A stretch of DNA of 49,147 bases, taken from assembly GCA_903900775.1 (NCBI GenBank), contig CAIUOD010000001.1:1-49147 (forward strand). Direction: 5' to 3'. The translations under genes were made by a program, and so were the position numbers. Below are positions 44,222 through 49,147 of the stretch, one piece after another. Source of the stretch: Candidatus Adlerbacteria bacterium. GTDB taxonomy: Bacteria; Patescibacteriota; Minisyncoccia; Phycocordibacterales; SBAW01. Positions within the stretch are counted from its first letter, which is position 1. Each line of letters opens with the position of its first letter. The notes beneath the pieces were generated by a model. The model was given only the letters and a program-made list of their open reading frames with translations. It ran no database searches and was not told the DNA's origin.

Positions 44222-46678
44222 ATGAATGCAGATACAAAAAGACATATAGATTCCGCACGCCAGGTGCTTGTTGGAGTGGTACCAAACCCCACTTCGCAAA
44301 TCGACCAGATTACCAACGCGCTTATCTATAAATTCATGGACGATATGGATCAGGCGGCTATCAGAGCCGGGGGATCCCCATCTTTTTTTGTAGACGATTT
44401 AGAACCATATGCATGGACGCGCCTCATGGACCCGCGTATGGGTAATCAAGAGCGCATGAACCTCTACGGGGAGGCGTTGATTAAGTTCTCGCAAGCCAAG
44501 CAGCTCCCAGAGCTTTTTCGAGGTATTTTCAAATCCGCTTTTTTACCTTATCGCTCGCCCGAGACTCTTGGCCTCTTTCTTAAAGAAATTGACTATTTTG
44601 ATTACTCTCATCCGGAAGAGCTCGGCAATGCCTATGAGTATCTGCTTTCCATAATGTCATCCCAGGGCGACGCCGGGCAATTCCGTACCCCGCGCCATAT
44701 TATCGACTTCATTGTTGATGTAGTTAATCCAACTAAGGACGACAAAGTGCTCGATCCTGCTTGTGGGACGGGTGGTTTCTTGGCGAGCTCATACAAGCAC
44801 ATTCTTGAACAACACGATGGTAAGGACGATCCTAAAAAGAAAGAAAAGCCGCTTACACCTGATGAGCGCAAGAAATTGATGGCCAACTTTGAGGGCTATG
44901 ACATTGACCCAACCATGGTGCGCATCGCGCAGGTCAATATGTATTTGCATCAATTCAAAAATCCAAAGATATTCCAATATGACTCGCTTTCGAACGAAGA
45001 GCGCTGGAATGATAAGTTCGATGTCGTGCTCGCTAATCCGCCGTTTATGTCTCCAAAGGGGGGAATCAGGCCGCACAATAAATTCAGCATTCCTTCCAGT
45101 CGCAGTGAAGTATTGTTCGTGGACTATATTATGAACCACCTGCGCCCAAAAGGACGCGCCGGTGTTATCGTTCCCGAAGGGATTATTTTTCAGTCGGGCA
45201 CCGCTCATAAACAACTTCGCAAGAATCTCGTAGAGGACGGACTTTATGCAGTAGTCAGCTTACCGTCTGGAGTATTTGCACCATATAGCGGAGTAAAAAC
45301 GAGCATTTTGCTTTTTAATAATGAACTGGCAAAACAGAACCAAGAAATTTTGTTTGTAAAAGTGGAACAAGACGGTTTTGACCTTGGGGCAACCAAGAGA
45401 CCGATCAGCAAGAACGATTTGCCAATAGCTCTGGAGATTTTGAACAAATGGAACACGGGCGAAAAGCTCGAAAACAAGCTGGCGACGTATGTGGAGAAAA
45501 CCAAAATTGCTGAGAGCGGCGACTACAATCTTTCCGGTGATCGCTATCGCGTAGCGACCGATTATTCCAATGCCAAATGGCCGATGGTTAAGTTGGGTGA
45601 AGTCTCACAATTTATTCGCGGGATAACTTTTTCTGCAAAAGATCACGCGACAGATGAAGAAAATTTCGTACTAGTTGCTACGACAAAAGCGGCACAGGCT
45701 GACGGTATTCATTTTGACGATTTGGTAAAAATAAAGCCAAGTATGGTCAGAAAAGAGGAAGCCTATTTAAGATCGGAAGACATTCTTATTTCAGTAGCTA
45801 ATAGTGCGAATTTGTTAGGCAGAAAGACATTTGTAAAAGAACTTCCAAATGCTCAAAAATATTCTTTTGGTGCTTTTATGGGATTACTACGACCCAATAG
45901 AGAAAAAATACTACCGAGATATTTAGATACATTTCTTGATTCTGATGAATACAAAGAATTTTGTTTATCACGAGCAAACACCACAACGAATATATCTAAT
46001 TTGAACTGGTCTGATTTACAAACTTTCAAAATTCCTCTCCCGCCTCTTGAAGTCCAAGAGCAAATCGTAGCGGAATTAAATGGATACGCAGGAATCATCG
46101 CCGGAGCCGAACAAATCACCCAGAACTGGAAACCTAAAATCGACATCGACCCCGAGTGGGAGAAGTTGAAGTTGCCAGAAATTTCAGAAAACCAAGATAA
46201 CAAGAGAAAGCCGGTAACAAAATCCGACCGTTCCGCAGGAAAATATCCTTATTATGGTGCATCTGGAATTGTCGATTATGTTGAAGATTATATTTTTGAT
46301 GGTGACTTCTTGCTAATATCCGAAGATGGTGCGAATTTATTGGCACGAAGTACTGACATTGCTTTTTCTATATCTGGCAAAAATTGGGTCAATAATCATG
46401 CTCATATTTTGAAATTCAGAAATCCAAAGACGCAAAAATTTGTCGAAACATACATCAATCAAATCGATATCAGCGAATTTGTTACAGGAATGGCACAGCC
46501 GAAGCTTAATCAACAAGCACTGAATACAATTGAAATTCCTCTTCCGCCTCTCGTCATCCAAAAGCAAATCGTAGATAGAATCGAAGCCGAGCGCTCCCTC
46601 GTCGAATCCGCCAAAAAACTGATTGAAATCTACGAACAAAAAACCAAAGAGACGATCGCCAAACTTTGGGAGGAATAG
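44222..46678 (+). CDS. Fused type I N6-adenine methyltransferase and specificity subunit (HsdM-HsdS)
   Basis: GQFRTPR, DPACGTGGF and NPPF, then two TRD units each ending in IPLPPL..Q.QIV, all in one ORF. Confidence 0.9.
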   Translation: MNADTKRHIDSARQVLVGVVPNPTSQIDQITNALIYKFMDDMDQAAIRAGGSPSFFVDDLEPYAWTRLMDPRMGNQERMNLYGEALIKFSQAKQLPELFRGIFKSAFLPYRSPETLGLFLKEIDYFDYSHPEELGNAYEYLLSIMSSQGDAGQFRTPRHIIDFIVDVVNPTKDDKVLDPACGTGGFLASSYKHILEQHDGKDDPKKKEKPLTPDERKKLMANFEGYDIDPTMVRIAQVNMYLHQFKNPKIFQYDSLSNEERWNDKFDVVLANPPFMSPKGGIRPHNKFSIPSSRSEVLFVDYIMNHLRPKGRAGVIVPEGIIFQSGTAHKQLRKNLVEDGLYAVVSLPSGVFAPYSGVKTSILLFNNELAKQNQEILFVKVEQDGFDLGATKRPISKNDLPIALEILNKWNTGEKLENKLATYVEKTKIAESGDYNLSGDRYRVATDYSNAKWPMVKLGEVSQFIRGITFSAKDHATDEENFVLVATTKAAQADGIHFDDLVKIKPSMVRKEEAYLRSEDILISVANSANLLGRKTFVKELPNAQKYSFGAFMGLLRPNREKILPRYLDTFLDSDEYKEFCLSRANTTTNISNLNWSDLQTFKIPLPPLEVQEQIVAELNGYAGIIAGAEQITQNWKPKIDIDPEWEKLKLPEISENQDNKRKPVTKSDRSAGKYPYYGASGIVDYVEDYIFDGDFLLISEDGANLLARSTDIAFSISGKNWVNNHAHILKFRNPKTQKFVETYINQIDISEFVTGMAQPKLNQQALNTIEIPLPPLVIQKQIVDRIEAERSLVESAKKLIEIYEQKTKETIAKLWEE

Positions 46679-46680
46679 AT

Positions 46681-47520
46681 ATGCATGAAGATGATCAAGA
46701 AATTTTCAACTATTTGCCTATTCGCCGAGACACTTCTGAAAACGATTATATAAATCATCTCAGGCAAGCTTTTTCTACTTTGGGCGGAGGCGAAGCTGAA
46801 GCGCGCCCGTTTGCTGTGATGCCATTTCATTTGCTTTTTATGTTGTCTGCGCAATATAAAATGTTGCAAATAGCATCGGCATATAAACAAGCAACAGACC
46901 TATTTTTTACCGGAGTCGGTGGACGAAATAAAGAGCAATTGCTATCAGAGCAAAGATCGGTATTTGATATGGCTTTAATAAACGAGAGAACCATCCCGGA
47001 TATTTTTCAGCTTGTGGAAGTAGATCCTAAAGTCATAAAGAAATTCAAAGAATTAGTGAATGAAAGAAATGAAACTCTGGCCCATGCTAAGGGAGGGATA
47101 GAACAGAATTTGGAGAAGAAACTCTCTGGATACGTCTCTGTATTGGAATCAATCCAAAAAAGTTGCGTCCAAATATGTCAAAATCTAGCTGAAGAATGGA
47201 TAGCAGAAGTTAAGAATGGTGACGATGTCGGAGAATCTATCGAGTCATATCTCCTCGATTCTCGATTCAGTCCGCGTGATTTTGGCGATGTTATGGAAAC
47301 CTTTCTCCATACTAAGCAGCTCGATTTTGAACAATGGGAGCAAATTGTAAATAAGGGTTTAGTATTGGCATACGATCAAACAATTTTTGAATTAAAATAT
47401 ATTGAAACAATTGATGGTTTTGATCGAAAGAAAAAGGCAAAAGCAACAAATATTTTGCAAGACATAGGTGAGAGTTCTGTTCTGTCGATTGAAGAAGCTC
47501 GAGATTTGGGATTAATATAA
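46681..47520 (+). CDS. Hypothetical protein with HEPN-like Rx5H motif
   Basis: Helical protein containing RNETLAH; SD GGAGG before ATG 46681. Confidence 0.5.
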   Translation: MHEDDQEIFNYLPIRRDTSENDYINHLRQAFSTLGGGEAEARPFAVMPFHLLFMLSAQYKMLQIASAYKQATDLFFTGVGGRNKEQLLSEQRSVFDMALINERTIPDIFQLVEVDPKVIKKFKELVNERNETLAHAKGGIEQNLEKKLSGYVSVLESIQKSCVQICQNLAEEWIAEVKNGDDVGESIESYLLDSRFSPRDFGDVMETFLHTKQLDFEQWEQIVNKGLVLAYDQTIFELKYIETIDGFDRKKKAKATNILQDIGESSVLSIEEARDLGLI

Positions 47521-47525
47521 TAATT

Positions 47526-47579
47526 ATGGACGAGGAGCTTTTTGAGCTAGCAAAGGAGGACGATTTCACACTTTGCTAA
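47526..47579 (+). pseudogene. Truncated copy of the small acidic-protein gene
   Basis: MDEELFELAKEDDFTLC* matches the N-terminus of 48442-48573. Confidence 0.75.
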
Positions 47580-47600
47580 ATCATAGTAAGATGTCGTCAT

Positions 47601-48437
47601 ATGTCTTCGGGTATCTCCATATTCTTGCCCAACGGCGACCCCAACGGCGTTAAGGTTGTTGGGATCAATGGTTGGAACGGGAAAGCTCTCATAATCCCTC
47701 GCGCAAATCTCAAAGAAGTTGGTGATCGCCCTGAAGTAAATGCCCCTGCCATATATTTTCTTTTTGGCGAAGGAGAGGACCCGTCTCGCCATCATGTGTA
47801 CATTGGAGAATCTGAGAATGGATTTAAAAGACTTCTTAACCACGCGGATAATAAAGATTTTTGGAACATCGCTTTGGTCTTTACCGGTATTGATCTTGAT
47901 CGAGCAGATGTGAAGTTCTTGGAGAATCAGTCGATACGTCTCGCGAAGGAGATTGACCGATATGAGATTGAGAATCAGGTCGAACCACTCGAGAATCGCC
48001 TGACCGAAATAAAACGTGCCGCAAACGATGAATATTTCGAAAAAATACAATTTATTATGGCGCTCTTTGGTCTCTCATTATTCGAGAAGATTCCGGAACA
48101 GCACGATGCTATCGAACTGTATTATTTTAAAACCCGCAGCGGGGCGGAGGGTAGGGGTACGCTTCTGCCAAGCGGGGAATTTATTGTGTATGCGGGCTCG
48201 ACTGCGGTTGTACATGAAGCCCCGCATTTTATCGGAAGCGGACTTGCCCTGCGCAATAGACTGGTGGCTGCCGGTGTGTTGGTCCACAAAGGAGACGATG
48301 AGTATGTCTTTACAAAGGATTATATTTTTACCACCCCAACGGCTGCGGCAGGGGCAATACGCGGTAGCTCACTGAATGGGTGGGACGCATGGAAAGATGC
48401 ACAAGGACGAACGCTCGATGAGAACAAGAGGAAATAA
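47601..48437 (+). CDS. GIY-YIG nuclease with C-terminal DUF4357/RAMA-like domain
   Basis: AIYFLFG...VYIGESE...RL..H; C-terminal DYIFTTPTAAA...GSSLNGWDAWKD..GRTL. Confidence 0.85.
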   Translation: MSSGISIFLPNGDPNGVKVVGINGWNGKALIIPRANLKEVGDRPEVNAPAIYFLFGEGEDPSRHHVYIGESENGFKRLLNHADNKDFWNIALVFTGIDLDRADVKFLENQSIRLAKEIDRYEIENQVEPLENRLTEIKRAANDEYFEKIQFIMALFGLSLFEKIPEQHDAIELYYFKTRSGAEGRGTLLPSGEFIVYAGSTAVVHEAPHFIGSGLALRNRLVAAGVLVHKGDDEYVFTKDYIFTTPTAAAGAIRGSSLNGWDAWKDAQGRTLDENKRK

Positions 48438-48441
48438 TTTT

Positions 48442-48573
48442 ATGGACGAGGAACTTTTTGAACTGGCGAAAGAAAACGACCTAACACTCGATGAGGCCCA
48501 GGAGGTGCAGGATTTAGCTGATGAATGGGGTGTCGATTTAGAAGACGCTCTGGAGCTTTGGCAGAACATATAA
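48442..48573 (+). CDS. 43-aa highly acidic protein
   Basis: MDEELFELAKENDLTLDEAQEVQDLADEWGVDLEDALELWQNI*; the differences from the truncated copy at 47526 are mostly synonymous, supporting coding. Confidence 0.7.
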   Translation: MDEELFELAKENDLTLDEAQEVQDLADEWGVDLEDALELWQNI

Positions 48574-48598
48574 CGAACCCATACATCATTCTTTAACC

Positions 48599-49147
48599 CT
48601 ATCCATCTCCATCCCGGTAATCACATTCAAGCAGTAGTCCGTCCAGATATTTCTTTAGGCGTGGATCGTCTTTGGTGGGGTAGAAGAGCAGGGAGCGTAT
48701 GCTCGGAGCCATAATCTCGTATCCTGCCATCTGTGGTATGAGCGGCTTCTGTGGGGAAGTCCCGTTCTCTCCGTCATAAACTATGATATCTTTTTTTTCG
48801 AACACCTCAAGAAAGTGATGCGCCATAGACCAGTGTTCTTCTCCGTAAAACATCGGGCTCACCAAATCTGTATCTTGCTGCCCCCACACCTTAAGTAGGT
48901 ACTCCCGCTGCCAGAGGCCCCGGCCCACTTTTTCTCGCAGTGCTTTGAGGGATTTTCGTGTCGGGTACTTGCCCGGCCAGAGACACTTGCCGCTGTTGTC
49001 GATGAGCGGATAAGCGCGAAACAGGCCTACCTGTTTGCGACTCATAATCTCGTGCCGGAGACGCATAACGAGAAAGTCCGGCTTCTTGTAATCGGATGAC
49101 ATCGACAACAGGTTCCCAAGAACGACGGTGCGCGTTTTTTCAGTACC
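48599..49147 (-). CDS. Terminase-large-subunit-like protein, C-terminal part (5' end outside window)
   Basis: Frame is open to the window edge: TRTVVLGNLL...DFLVMRL...YPLID..GKCLWPGKY...LREKVG..LWQREY, resembling the end of a TerL ATPase domain. Confidence 0.55.
   Translation of the reverse strand, partial: GTEKTRTVVLGNLLSMSSDYKKPDFLVMRLRHEIMSRKQVGLFRAYPLIDNSGKCLWPGKYPTRKSLKALREKVGRGLWQREYLLKVWGQQDTDLVSPMFYGEEHWSMAHHFLEVFEKKDIIVYDGENGTSPQKPLIPQMAGYEIMAPSIRSLLFYPTKDDPRLKKYLDGLLLECDYRDGDG

Larger units (their letters stand above)
38755..49147. mobile_element. Putative integrative defence island starting after tRNA-Ser(CGA); right end outside window
   Basis: Large serine recombinase, restriction/nuclease cargo and a terminase-like ORF; several genes are visibly more AT-rich than the housekeeping region. 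Confidence 0.65.

Noticed and set aside
1-49147. Alternative genetic code (TGA=Gly, as in Gracilibacteria/Absconditabacteria)
   Set aside because: Conserved genes are full length under code 11 and several end properly in TGA.

Overview
Chromosomal window from a small-genome bacterium using genetic code 11. Gene content and style suggest CPR/Patescibacteria (Parcubacteria-like); this is an inference. In order, it holds: the end of an RND transporter; an OmpR-type two-component pair and a MASE1 hybrid kinase; a beta-glucan/cellulose-like surface-polysaccharide cluster (GH6, two GT-C enzymes, PilZ-less BcsA-like GT2, GH8, GT2-GtrA, FN3-repeat surface protein); a flavinylation-based electron-transfer module (FMN-binding protein, ApbE, RnfD/NqrB-FNR fusion); gdhA; a complete diversity-generating retroelement (DGR); rnpB; an IS200-type element; housekeeping genes (murJ, lepA, valS, tsaD) with five tRNAs; and, from tRNA-Ser to the window end, a defence-type island (PIN-like protein, large serine recombinase, type I R plus fused M-S, HEPN-like, GIY-YIG, tiny acidic protein, terminase-like fragment). 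The DGR is the standout. Its 134-bp TR/VR pair has 21 mismatches, 20 of them at TR adenines. The avd gene is inverted between TR and RT, and a G9 tract lies at the avd/RT junction. Family assignments come from motif recognition only; no searches were run.
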